Shown here in pieces: positions 11,457 to 23,871 of a stretch of 32,588 bases of DNA. Both the position numbers and the translations under genes were made by a program. Numbering within the stretch: the first letter of the stretch is position 1; each line of letters begins with the position of its first letter. The stretch comes from Nemertoderma westbladi (lineage: Eukaryota; Animalia; Xenacoelomorpha): NCBI GenBank assembly GCA_032718475.1, contig JAUCBJ010007410.1:1-32588 (forward strand), written 5' to 3'. The notes beneath the pieces were generated by a model. That model was not told the DNA's origin. It did not search any database and saw only the letters and a list, made by a program, of their open reading frames with translations.

Positions 11457-11980
11457 TAACGTTTACACCCAAATAAAACCGTAATATTTGTAAGCTCTAA
11501 TTCTACCGCGCAATTTGAAAAGACAGTAAAGTCGCATTTTTCCAAAATGAATTTTTCCACTTTTTCTAGTTCTAAAAAAATGCTCTCTAAACGAGAACAC
11601 CGTATCTACTCTAATTCTCGTGACGTCCAATTGGAAATGGCCGGAAGTCACAACATATGTATAGTGTTACACAAAGGAAAAAGACCGTACCCTAAGTGTA
11701 ATACAAAAGACCGCAACTACTTAAATTTATGCAAAAACACAGTAAGTCAGCGAAACTTCGGTTTTTTTTTAATCATTGCATAGATAATAAGAAAACGCAC
11801 ACGGTTTTATTGAAATTGGTATCTTTTGACTTACTGTTATTTACTATTAGCTGAAAAGGCGCGAAATTCAAAATTGAATTTTAACCATGTCACTTGCGGA
11901 ATTTACCATCATCATATCGTCGGTAAAAAAGCAAAAGGGCATTCGATAAAAAAATTGTTCAGGAGACACTAAAAACCTTA

Positions 11981-13133
11981 TAAGTCTTTATTGGTTCAAC
12001 CAAATTTAATATATTTGGTATCTGGTGAAAACTCTTTATCAGTTTTATCTCATAGTACTTGACATTCTATGATCGATATAAGTTAATAAAAAAAATAAGT
12101 TATTTTCGGTAAAATAAACTTATCATTCGAGGTTAAGACCCCTAGATCCCTTCCTATAATAAACGGTCCGATCAACTCTAATTTCAACAACCGGTAGGGT
12201 CTAGGTACTGTATGTGGATGTACAGCAGCAGTAGGCATACACTACATGGCCTAAAAATGCCCTTTTACATCCGAAAAATAATGTTTATGTTTTTGTACAA
12301 AAATCATATCAGGCTTTAATGTGAAAATGGGAGACATTGTCAGGAATCCGCATGCATAAATGCCCTTTTGCCTTTTTACCGACGATTTGGCTGCATTTCA
12401 TGTAACAACCTGCCGACTAGTGAATAGACTTTGCAATTGCATTAAGGTAAACCCTAAGCAAACGTGAATACACTTTGAATTTTAATTAGGGTTTGGGCCG
12501 CCACTCGAGTGAGATGAACTGGAGCTAGGATCTGCTGAAGGTCGCTTAAAGACTAACGTGTTTCAGGGCCTCCACCTGCATTAGACCTACTGTACAGTAC
12601 TGCAGTAACAGTACAGTGTGACTATCTGTTTATTGTTTTGTTTAGAAAAGCCCGCCTCTGTAACGTGCACCTTTCCCTCAATTGGTAAAGAGGCCGTTTA
12701 TTGTTTTGGTTAGAATAGCCTGCCTCTGTAACCTGCTCCTTTCCCTCAATTGGTTTATGGCGTGTGTTACTTATTTATGAAAAAAAATGTTTATGAAAAA
12801 AAAATTTAAAAAGTGTTTCATAAAATAAGCGGTAGGGCCTACATATAAAAGTGTTTCACAAAATAAGCCGTAGGGCCTTAAAAGTGTTTCATACAATGGT
12901 CCCCAAAGGAGGCCCCCAAACACGTTAATCCCGCCGATTATAATTAGTCAAAAACAAATAATTGTAGTAAATAAATAGAAGTATAGGCCTACCATACACC
13001 GGCTATGATTTATATTATTAAGGGGGTGGGGGGGGGGGGGGGGGGGGGTCACGTCCTTGGCACGGTAGGAATAGTTGGGGTATCACAGTAACCTGGTTAC
13101 CGGGATATTCAGCCATGACCGGGATAATTTTGA
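11981..13133 (+). repeat. Segmental duplicate of 30241-32313 (3' flank of the ZF gene)
   Basis: Colinear high similarity from AAGTCTTTATTGGTTCAACC to GGATAATTTTGAT. Copy 2 is interrupted by the MITE at 31364-32214. Confidence 0.92.
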
Positions 13134-13286
13134 TTATTAATCTAATCAAGTAAGTGATTGGTCTGTCCAGTGTCCATGTTTTCTGTGTCCAGTCCATACC
13201 TTGTTGAAAGGCAGTGATTTTTTATGTCCTTTTATTTGACTTTTTTGTCCTCCTTTTTTACGAATTGTGCATAATGACTTTTGTTG

Positions 13287-16200
13287 GGGTGCATGTAAAG
13301 AGCGGGCTGCGGACTGCGGATTGTCAATTAAAAGCCCAAATATGCGCGGTCAATTTGAATTATAGCATTATAATGTAAGAATCCGCTCTTTGTTGTCTGG
13401 ACAAACGGCGGACTGAAGCCAGAAAACTGTAACCTGATTGGCTCAATCATTCACATAGGCCCAAAAGGGAACTTTCCTGAATCCTCTTATTGGCTTAAAT
13501 GTTTTCATTGTGACACAGAGATGGAAACCTATTATTTTGAAAACCTATTATGTAGGCAGTAGGAAGAACTCTTGAACTTTCATTAAAATCTCTCCGGTTA
13601 AGGCCGGTTCACTCTTTTAAGCATGATTCATTCGTAACTCTACTTTGGATGAAGACTTTGGGACTACTGTAGTATGTACTTCTGCTGCCGAAGCAGAGTT
13701 ATGCTTATTGCTTAAAGGTGTGAACCGCGACCTTATAAGATATTCCTTGTTTGCTTGTTACTTAAATTAGAAGTTTTTACGTTGGGGTCGTCCAAAAACA
13801 AGGGGGGGGGGGGGGGGGAGGTTGGCTCGTACTGCCACTATTATGTCTCTGTTAGTTGAAACAAAATTGAAACATATTAGTCGTGCATACTAGTAGTGAA
13901 ACATTATTTTTCCAAGATCGACCGACTTATTAGCGTTCAAACATTTCCGATGATGACAACGACAGACGGGTCCACCACTTATACCCATATGCTATGGCTC
14001 ACCTGGACTTACGTTGCTCGCCCCACAGTTAATCGCCCATGTGAAGAATACCAGGATTTCACTTTTCGGTCGACTTTTTCTGGAATTTTATATATGAAGA
14101 TTTTTTATTTTTTTTAATTTATCTTTATTAAGTGTTTTATATCGCTTATTTCTGTCTTATAACCTGTACATATACTAATTTGTTTATTGTTTTGGTTAGA
14201 TTCAGCCCTTCTGTAATCAGCATACATTATGCAGCCGAACCAGATATCGTTGATCATGCACCCCAGTCCGGATTCAGTTAGCGACTGCATGACGCTGATG
14301 GTGTAAAGATTAAATAAGCATGGTGACAGTAATGATCCTTGCATGATCCCTCTAGGCATATTTATGCCAACCGCGTCTATCAGATTTCCAAACTTGAGGT
14401 ACACCATGGCGATGCTGTAGTAATGAACCAGTAGACGGCAAATGAATGGGTTTATAATTCCTGATAACTTCTCGAAGAGAACTGCGTGGTCAACTTCGTC
14501 AAAAGCGGATTTGATATCAAGTTGGCACATATACAGACCTGATCCTAGTTCACTAAAGTGTTGTATACATTCCAGTATCAAACCGATGGCAGCCTCGCAT
14601 CCCACTTGTTCTTTATATGCTAACTGATAGTCGTTTCTTGGAAGGATATTCTCAAGGAAGCCCTTGTATATTATACGCTCGAGTACCTTTGCTAATAGGC
14701 ATATGCTGGCAATCGGTCTATAAGAGTTAGTTCTCATGGGATCCTTCCTCTTCCCTTTGAATAGACTTGTTATGATAGTTGCTCCAAAAACATCGGGCAC
14801 CATGCCAATACGTATACTTGCATTGTACATATTTGCTAACAGGTGACACATAGTCTCGGGGTTGGCGGATAAAAGGTGCTCCACTGTTATAGAATTGAGG
14901 TCCGGCGACTTCCCTACCGATAAAGATAGAATAGATTTCCTTATAGTTTCTTCAGATATGGTAGGCACAGTAGTATTCTTGCATTGTCTGTCCAAATTAT
15001 CGGTGATATTGGTAGTACTAGTAACGTTTCTTGTAATTCTGTCCCTATATGACTGACGTATTTGTTCCTGAATCTGAGTTGGTGGTGTACTTGAAGTTCC
15101 CTTGTTTGAAAATTTTCGCCAGAAACCCTTTGGGTTGCTCTTCAGCTTGAGAGTTGCTTCACCGACTGATCTTGCAACGTGTGTCTTCATAAGTACATTT
15201 TTTATTTGTCGTACTCCGCGTTTGGACTGTTTGAAGGCGATCCCCACCTCATCGTTAGGATCTTTCCCATTATTGACCCATAGGTTGTACAGGCTGCGGG
15301 TGGTTCGGCATCGTTCCGAAAGAGTAGCTGAGCGTATTCTATAATTTTTGGTTGTCCTTTTCTTTTTTATTACATTAATAGATTCAAGTGCTGATTTGTG
15401 TAACGCAGAGTTAATGTTGTTGGCAAGAGTATTGAGGTCGTCTATGGTGTCGATAGCGAGTAATGCCATCCCCTCAAGGTGATTATCTAAGGTTCGATAG
15501 TACTGGTCTTTCTGTTTTTTGGATGCGCTTCTCCAGTTAAATCGTATAGGCGTCTGTTTTGTAGCAGTTTGTTCCACCAACCCTTCCTTTGCAACGTCAC
15601 AGTTGATTGAAATCACGATTGGTAGATGATCAGAAAAATTTTCTGCTTCGTCGTGTTCTATGATGTATCCCCCTATGACTTTAAATGGACCATTGATAGG
15701 CATCACAATGTGGTCGATATAACTCCGATGACCACCCCCAATATAAGTATATGCTGGTCCTGCCACATTGTCAAGTGTGTCTATAGCTGTAAGATTGTGG
15801 TTGAGTAGGAAGTTGTTCAGAATGAGACCGCGGTCTGTTGCATTGGGTCTGTGAAATCGTGGTCCTTGTTCAGACCTAAGTCCGCGTTAGCATCCATCAT
15901 AATGATAGGGATTGCCACTGGGTACAGTACATGGCGATTAAAGCAGTAAGGCGACCAAGATGCTCATTATAACTTTGAATGTTTTTGTTAGAGTCTGGAG
16001 CATAGCCTGAAAGTAGAAGAACGCGAACATTGCCAGTGTCACCAATTATTCCAACAATGTCGTCCCCAGAAGCGACTTTGGCCCAGTTACATACTTTACC
16101 TTTACGGAATGCCAAGGCTACCCGCTACCCCTCCAGCGCCTCTAACCCTATTAGGGTTATTCATTAAATCGCTGGTGGAGTAGACGAGCTCGAAGTTTTC

Positions 16201-17053
16201 ATTGAATGAATTCTTAGCTACATGATCAAGCTCTATAGCATCCATCCAGTGCTCCTGAATTCCAATGACATCGCATACTTCAAGCAGTTTGTCTATCTGA
16301 TCGATGCTACTCGAGTACCCGTGGCAGTTAAAAGATCCTAATATAACGGCTGAAAGTCTGGTATACTTCACATGGGCCCAGTTAACAGCCCACACTAAAA
16401 AAAAGCATTAAAAAAAGCACTAGCCGATCAGGTGTTCGTGGTTTTCATTTTAAGGCTGTCATAAAAATTTGGGCAGAATTAAATGCCAGTAATTAGATGC
16501 GTCCTATTGGATGCTATTTATAGATCCACACCCCTTTTCTTTGCCCCTGTTCCCCCTTTTCTTACGCTCTCTTACCCCCAGCACAGAGAAGATCTTCCCC
16601 CAGCTCCTGCGCTTAGGATGTCCGAATATTCGCTCTTTTATATTTGCGAACAGACAACTGTGACATAAACTCTAAAGGCAGGAAGTATATAAAAATATTT
16701 ATTGAAATAAATAATCTGAAAATCCGTAGAATGTTGATTATATAATAGGCCCTTAATCAACAGTCCACGTAATTACTGTATAGGATAATTATTTCCTGTA
16801 TTACAGTGTTGCACAATGGTAAACATTTAAAAGCCAAATGGGATGATTCATTCTTTAAGTTCCCTTTCAGCTTCAGCCTATGTACATGATTGAGCCAATC
16901 AGGTTACAATTTACCGGCTTCAGTCCGCCATTTGTCCAGACAACAAAGAGCGGATTCTTAGTTTGGAAGTCGATAATTCAAATTGACCGCGCGGATTTTG
17001 GCAATCCCCAGTCCGTAGTCCGCCAGTCCGCAGTCCGCTCTTTACATGCACCC
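13287..17053. mobile_element. Nested long-TIR (Mutator-like) element
   Basis: ~165 bp imperfect TIRs (13287-~13450, ~16887-17053) begin GGGTGCATGTAAAGAGCGG. There is a perfect 9-bp TSD, CTTTTGTTG (13278-13286, 17054-17062). No transposase is visible. Confidence 0.9.
14216..16345 (-). mobile_element. Non-LTR retrotransposon ORF2 (APE endonuclease plus RT), frameshifted and 3'-truncated; RTE-X/L2-like, clade uncertain
   Basis: Endonuclease motifs SFNCHG, IQEHW, SYIDHI and SDHLPI. RT motifs NSYRPI, LDIKSAFD and GIMQGSLLSPCLFNLY, ending at MYAD. Confidence 0.92.
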
Positions 17054-17379
17054 CTTTTGTTGTCCCTTTAATGACTTTTGTTGTCCTTTTTATGTATGTA
17101 TTTCTTCAAACTGTCAGACTGCGTATTTCTGGACTGTCAGACAGTTGATTGCAACATGCCTATGCCAAAACATTCAAAATTTGTTGATTTCTGGTCTGTC
17201 GGACAGTTGGTTTCACTATGCCTGTGCCAAAACATTCAAAATTCCATGATTTATAGACTATGAGATAGATTTCCATATGCGCCTGTGTTAAAAACTCTAA
17301 ATTTAATAGTTTGTGGTTGTTGTCGATAATCGATTACCACATGACGTAGCAAAACACTCATTTTATAGCCAAAAACAAT

Positions 17380-18047
17380 TACCAATTGATGGAAAGGAGC
17401 AGGTTAAGGCCGGATTTTCTAACCAAAACAATAAACAGTCACTTTACCAAATGAAGGAAAGGAGCAGGTTACAGAGGCTAGCCTTTCTAACCAAAACAAT
17501 AAACGGTCACTTTACCAAATCAGGGAAAGGAGCAGGTTACATAGGCGGGATTTTCTAACAAAAACAATAAACAATCACTTTACCAACTGAAGGAAAGGAG
17601 CTACATAGTTACATAGATGGTCTTTTCTAACCAAACCAATAAATGATAACATTACCAATTGAGAGAACGGAGGAGGTTACAGAGGCGGGATTTCCTAACC
17701 AAAACAATAAACGATCACTTAACTAATTGAGGGAAAGGAGCAGGTTACAGAGGCGGGAATTTCTCACCAAAACAATAAACGATCACTTAACTAAACGAGG
17801 GAAAGGAGCTTGTTACAGAGGCGGGATTTTCTAACCAAAACAATAAACGATCATTTAACTAATTGAGGGAAAGGGGCAGGTTACAGAGGCGGGATTTTCT
17901 ACCCAAAACAATAAACAGTCACTTTACAAAATGAAGGAAAGGAGGACGTTACAGAGGCGGGCCTTTCTAACCAAAACAATAAAGGGTCACCTTACCAAAT
18001 CAGGGAAAGGAGCAGGTTACAGAGGCGGGATTTTCTAACCAAAACAA
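17380..18047. repeat. 68-bp tandem repeat, ~10 copies
   Basis: Unit GGAAAGGAGCAGGTTACAGAGGCGGGATTTTCTAACCAAAACAATAAAC.... The GGAGC-like anchor recurs at 17396, 17461, 17529, 17597, 17669, 17737, 17805, 17873, 17941 and 18009. Confidence 0.93.
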
Positions 18048-21000
18048 CCGGTCAGCCGGAAGGCCTACCAGTACCGTATTTCTATGGTAGGCTACACAGT
18101 AGGCCTCTACAGCAGTACCGGTGCCGGTACCGGTACTAAAATACCTAAAATACCTGCTTTATACCTACATCTGTACATGCAATACTTATTACAATACAGT
18201 ATTACAATTATTATATTATATATGCAATATCGTATACTTTATATTTACATTTGCATCCTACATGGCGCTGCGAGATAACCTCGAACTGAGGAGGAATTAT
18301 TATATCTACAGAGGCGGCGACTTACCAAAACTTGATATAGATACTGACAAGGGTACAGCCTTCAGAGCACGGCAGAAACAGTGGACTGCTTATCGATCAA
18401 TTTCTGGACTCGACCAGAAACCAGTTGTTCGACAGATGCAAGTTCTTCAACTCTGCTTCTCCAGAAAAACCGTCAGAATCGTCGATAACCTCGGCCTAAC
18501 TGAAGATCAAAAGAACGATCCTGGTGAAGTTATTGAAGCATTACAACGCCATAGTGAGGGCCAACTGAATGAATCAGTGGAAAGACGCAACCTCCGCAAC
18601 CGCAAACAATCACATGGAGAATCTCTCGATGACATTCTGGTGTCACTGCGGCAGTTGGCTATGACATGCAATTATTGTAACGACGGATGTTTGGATAAAG
18701 CAATCCGCGACCAACTCATTGAGGGCCTCAATGATATAGATGGAATCCAAGAACTGTTGAAAATTCGCGATCTCAACCTCACTGTTGCTATAAACACAGC
18801 CCGTGGGATTGAAGCAGCGAAAAGGCAAATTCGGAAATCTCTTGCCTTCGCGCACAGTACAGCGTGCTCAAACTAAAACCTAAACTAAGACCTCGACACT
18901 CTGTAACACCTGATCACAATGACCGACCAACCACTCGGTATAAATCGGATGCTGTACATAAAGCATGCAGTGGTTGCAGTCGAAACTGGCACTCACGGAA
19001 TGAGTGCCCTGCTAGAAACAGGGAATGTTCACATTGTGGTCGTCGGGGTCATTTCAGATGAGTTTGCCAGTCCGCTAAAATCGCTATGGATGACTCAGAT
19101 GAAGAGCATTACAGTGAGGAAGACGAACCTCCACATGTTTCACGTCGTTTGAAATTGAGCGCTGTCCGGGCAACTACAGTAATTCGCCCGCACCGACTGT
19201 TCCAATGTTTGTCGAAACACATAATGGTTCAGCAACTATTCGCATTCTTCCAGACTCTGGCAGTGATTTTTGCGCTGGAGGACTTAGTCTACTCAATGTG
19301 TTAAATGAAGCTCCAGAAAATATTCTGGACTCTCACCTTAGACCAAAAGCTGTCAATGGGACAGCCTTATACCCTATCGGCCTCCTCCCAGATAAGGTTT
19401 CTGTTGGAGAGCGCACCATAGTGGTTGATTTTCATATTGATGAATCGATAATGGACCCACTCCTTTCATGGAAAGCTTCGAAATTACTAGGATTCCTTTC
19501 CCCCGAGTATCCAAAACCGTCACAGCTATCCGTTGACCAAGTACAGATAGCAAAGATTTCAGATGATAAATCATATAGCATCCAGGAAATATTCGAACAA
19601 TTTCCTACAATTTTTGATGGCCATATTCGCAGAATGCCTGGTGAGTTATACACAATTGAATTAGAAGAAGGTGCTAAACCTTTTTGTGTATCCGCACCCA
19701 GAGTGGTGCCTTACGCCTATAGAGATAAGCTGAAGTCAGAACTAGATAACCTTGTTGAACAAGGGATTATTGCTCCTGTAACGGAACCAACAGAATGGTG
19801 TGCCCCAATCGTTGTGGCCCCAAAAAAGGTATCGATAATATTCGCCTCTGTGTTGATCTATCATGCTTGAACCGATATGTCAAACGAGAAATTTATCAAT
19901 CCAGCACTCCCGCAGATGTAGTAGCTGACATTAATAAATCTAAAGCTAGATACTTCACTGTTTTTGACTGCGCAAAGGGCTATCATCAATGTGCTATGGA
20001 TGAGCGCAGTCAACAATTAACCACCTTCATTACACCATTCGGACGCTTCAAATACCGGCATCCAGTCCATCTCAGAGCATTATAATTGGCGTATGGATGA
20101 AGCTTTTGATGGCCTTACTAATTATCGTCGTGTTGTAGATGACGTGGTAATATTCGATGCTGATAAGCAACAACACAAAGAACATGTTAAGAAATTCTTG
20201 TTCAGGTGCAACAAAAGGGGCATTTCTCTCAATAAAAAGAAATTTAATTATTGCCAGGAAGAAGTCTTATTTGCAGGTTACACTCTTTCTCAACATGGTT
20301 ACTCCATATCTGGTGAAATAACAAAATCCATCAAACATTTCCCAGAACCAAATTGCTGCAGTGATCTTAGAAGTTTCTTCGGGTTGGCCAACCAACTAGG
20401 CTCATACACCAAGAAGCTAGCTGAAGTGATGGCACCCCTTCGTCCATTATTGAGTACCAAGAATGAGTTAATATGGGACTCAAGTCATGCGCTATCATTC
20501 TCTAATGCAACTACTGTAGTGTCCTAAGTTACATGCCGATATTGGAATATTTCGATCTTAACCTTGCAACTAGATTAATAACAGATGCCAGCCGAGTAGG
20601 CTTAGGCTTTATCCTCCAACAAAATCACGGAAACAATGATTGGCGCATTATTCAGGCAGGCTCACGATTCTTGACAGACACAGAATCCAGATACGCCGTA
20701 ATAGAATTGGAGATGCTTGGAGTAGCATGGGCAATACACAAGTGTCGTACCTTTCTAACAGGTCTCCCTCATTTTATGGTCGTAATGGACCATAATCCTC
20801 TCATCCCGATATTAAATACACATCGCCTTGATGAAATCGAAAACCCCCGTCTGCAGCGACTCCTCCGTACAAGAATCATGCAGTACAATTTTACCGCATT
20901 ATGGCTAAAAGGTGAATCAAACGCAGCTGCAGATTCTTTATCACGCCACCCCTATTATGTCCCCGAATCAACTGAAGAATTGGCTGAAATGGAGCTGTGC

Positions 21001-21055
21001 AATCATATCCCACAGCCATCAATCGTAAAGTCAATCTGTTATTTCTGCACTGACA

Positions 21056-21210
21056 GGGCGCATCTCTGCCTTGCATCCTTAAGTGGTAGTTTAATGAGTA
21101 CTGGAGTTTCCTCTGGGGAGTAAAGTTCTTGGTGGACCGCACTGGAAATAAGTTGTCAGACTTTGTGCGTAATCCCTGGCCTAGCGGCCGAAGAAAATTT
21201 ACTTTACTTT
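21056..21210 (+). mobile_element. 5'-truncated SINE-like retroposon inserted in Gypsy pol
   Basis: 7-bp TSD ACTGACA (21049-21055, 21211-21217) and a (TTTAC)n tail. Removing the insert gives a continuous pol-like frame, QSVISALTSHDENIVKAIRISDIKREAAKD. Confidence 0.65.
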
Positions 21211-21930
21211 ACTGACATCGCATGATGAAAATATTGTGAAAGCTATTCGTATATCCGATATTAAACGTGAAGCAGCCAAGGATATTGAATATATTAACCT
21301 TTGCGACATAATGGATTTCCAGATAATAAATCAGAATTACATATTTCATTGAGACATTACTGGGGTGCCAGATATCACTTTTCAATAGATGATGACCTAC
21401 TGCTCTTTGGATGTCGTCTGCTTATCCCATCAGCATTACGAGGTAAAACACTAGCGAGACTGCACGATTCTCATTCTGGGATATCACGTACACAAGATCG
21501 GGGTCGTTTATCAGTTCATTGGCATAATATAGATGCAGATATTGAAACGTATATTCAGGATTGCAAGCTGTGTCAAGATAGACTTCCATCCCATCCAATG
21601 GAACCACTTATTCAAAAACCGAGACCAGACCTTCCATTCAATGAGTTGGCAATAGATATTGGCACCTATGGTTCACAGAACTTTCTTATAGTGGTTGACT
21701 GTTGTACAGATTGGCCCAAAGTTTTTCAACTTTTCAAAGACTCTACTTCTGTCAATTTGATAAGTAAAATACGCTCACTTTTTTGTCGCACTGCAGTCCC
21801 AAACAAGGTATGGTCTGATGGAGGTCCCCAGTTTGCTTCTAAAAAAAATGATTTCCTAACCATGTGGGGTGTTGAACATGGCTATTCGAGTCCTTACAAC
21901 CCGAGATCAAATGGCAAAGCTGAATCTGCC

Positions 21931-22929
21931 TGGATTGTTATATTGTGACACAGAAGCGCAGGTACTCTCACCAGATGGTGAAACTGAGTTTTTCTCAATC
22001 CTGGTTGGTGTACTGCAAGGTGACACATTAGCACCATTACTATTTGTAATTGTGCCGGATTACGCAATGAGGACCGCCACAAAGGGTGAAGATCTGGGAT
22101 TCACACTTCAAGAACGCAGAAGTAGTAGATATCCGGCAACTACAGTCACAGACACCGACTTTGCGGATGACATCGCCCTGCTCTCTAATACGCTAGCAGA
22201 TGCACAGCGTCTACTAAATAAAGTGGAGAGGGCTGCTAAGGAGGTTGGATTGCATATAAATGCTACCAAGACCGAATTCATGACCTTTAATGTTGATGGA
22301 AACTTGACAACCATTGATAATAATAAACTAATAACTAATAATCAACATAATCAACTTCCAGTACCTTGGATCATGGATAGAGAGTAGCAAAAAGGACATA
22401 GAAGTTAGGAAAGCAAAGGCTTGGGTAGCTCTATCAAAAATGGATACCATCTGGAAATCAGATCTCTCCAGGCACCTGAAGACTAAGTTCTTTCGAGCCA
22501 CAGTGGAAAGTGTATTTTTATACGGGGGTGAGACCTGGACACTGACTAAATCACTTGAACAACGAATTGATGGTTGCTACACAAGACTACTATAAGGGCA
22601 GCCCTAAACATCAGCTGGAGACAACACATGACAAACGCCGAACTTTATGGTACAATACCACCTGTATCAACCACCCTCCGTGAACGCAGATTAAGATTCA
22701 GTGGGCACTGCTGGCGAAGTAAAGACAAGGTCATACCTGATCTACTTCTCTAGCAACCAACTCATGGAAAGCGTAGTCGTGGACGACCTGCCATAACATA
22801 TATAGATCAACTTGAAAGGGATACTGAACTTGGGAGAAACGAAATTGCGACAACTATGGAGAATCGGGAAACCTGGAAGGATCTCATTTCCACTGTCCGA
22901 GTTCGCTCGACCTAGTAGTAGTAGTAGTA
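21931..22929 (+). mobile_element. 5'-truncated RTE-type LINE inserted in the Gypsy integrase
   Basis: RT motifs GVLQGDTLAPLLF, DTDFADDIAL and GLHINATKT, a (TAG)n tail, and a 9-bp TSD GAATCTGCC (21922-21930, 22930-22938). The integrase resumes as ESAIKSMKKLI. Confidence 0.95.
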
Positions 22930-23605
22930 GAATCTGCCATAAAGTCAATGAAAAAATTAATTGCCACATGTTGGACCAACCGCACGTTAAATGAAGAGAA
23001 ATTTCACCGTGCTATATTGTATTACAGGAATACATACACCCAATAGCCGAGATAAACTGTCGCCTTCCCAGAAGTTATTTGGGCGTACATTACAAGATTT
23101 TTTACCAGCCCATAGATCCTCCTTCTCGAAAGTCACAAAATCGGTCTTTGATGAGGCCGATTCCAGAGCAGAAGAAACCGATTTTAAACATGCCACCTAC
23201 CATGATAAGCGTGCTCACAATCTGTCTCAATTAAGCGTTGGAACAAACGTCGCTATCCAAAACATATCAACAAAGATGTGGGACATGGAATAATTACAGA
23301 GATTTCACCACAACGTAGATATACTTTGTCAAAACACGTTCTGGGCGAGTTCTGGTTTGTAACCGGCGATTTTTGCGCAAGCGAACCGTTGGCTCCCTAT
23401 CTGCCACCCATCCAATTACATAAAAGAGTACGAGACGAACGATTCTGGAAATGCCAAATTAGATCCTAACGAAATTCGAAAAACCTCTGCGTCCCGTGTT
23501 CAAACCCCAGCGTCCTGTTCGTACTCGCCGACCACCAAAGAGACAAATTGAGGAACTCTAAATGAAAGTGACTCACAATTACATTCATTAAGAGTTGCGG
23601 GGAGG

Positions 23606-23871
23606 TGTAGGACTATGGATAGGCCATGGCCTATCATGGTATCAGACTATATACTAGTAGCAGTAGGTTTACTTACTGCTGTACTGTTATCAGTACCGGT
23701 CTGTTCTACTCTATATAGTGCTGTAGTGCCTATTTGATTATGCTACGGTACCGGTGAAGGGTATTGCTGTACTCCTGTCGTCTATCATATTATACTGTTA
23801 TATGCCTATTCTGCTTATTATATTATATATGCAATATCGTATACCGTACTTTATATTTACATTTGCATCCT
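23606..23871 (+). repeat. Gypsy 3' LTR
   Basis: Starts TGTAGGA after the PPT. Its last ~55 bp match 18208-18259. Confidence 0.8.

Larger units (their letters stand above)
7094..11470. mobile_element. Foldback-type (Mutator-like) non-autonomous transposon with minisatellite arms
   Basis: Termini GGGTGTAAACCCTAAGCAGACACTGGTGCAG ... CTGCACCAGTGTCTGCTTAACGTTTACACCC are inverted. There is a perfect 9-bp TSD, AAATAAAAC (7085-7093, 11471-11479). The element is absent from the paralogous site at ~30219-30240. Confidence 0.9.
18208..23871 (+). mobile_element. Degenerate Ty3/Gypsy LTR retrotransposon (Mag-like): gag-PR-RT-RNaseH-IN
   Basis: The 5' LTR ends ...TCCTACA (18262), followed by PBS TGGCGCTGCGAG. 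Gag has two CCHC-type knuckles, followed by protease ILPDSGS, RT DCAKGYHQ/FITPFGRF/VVDDVVI, RNaseH TDAS...YAVIELE, and integrase HHCC, SDGGPQF, SNGKAESA. PPT GCGGGGAGG precedes the 3' LTR TGTAGGA at 23606. The left boundary is uncertain. Confidence 0.95.

Noticed and set aside
9014-11484. 809-aa His/Cys-rich ORF and overlapping SAPL, VCTT, VVQT and GADS ORFs
   Set aside because: They are by-products of a stop-free 12-bp repeat that is open in all six frames and shifts phase. The array is a transposon arm.
11494-11980. ~490 bp present only in the copy 1 flank, with a ~27 bp inverted match to 12360-12386
   Set aside because: No convincing TIR pair or TSD, so I cannot tell insertion from deletion in copy 2.
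12447-12460. 14-bp match GTAAACCCTAAGCA to the Foldback left terminus (also ~30771)
   Set aside because: It lacks the terminal GGGT, repeat arm and TSD, and cannot be distinguished from chance.
21869-22387. Integrase-RT fusion gene
   Set aside because: Chance read-through across the RTE insertion junction defined by the TSD.
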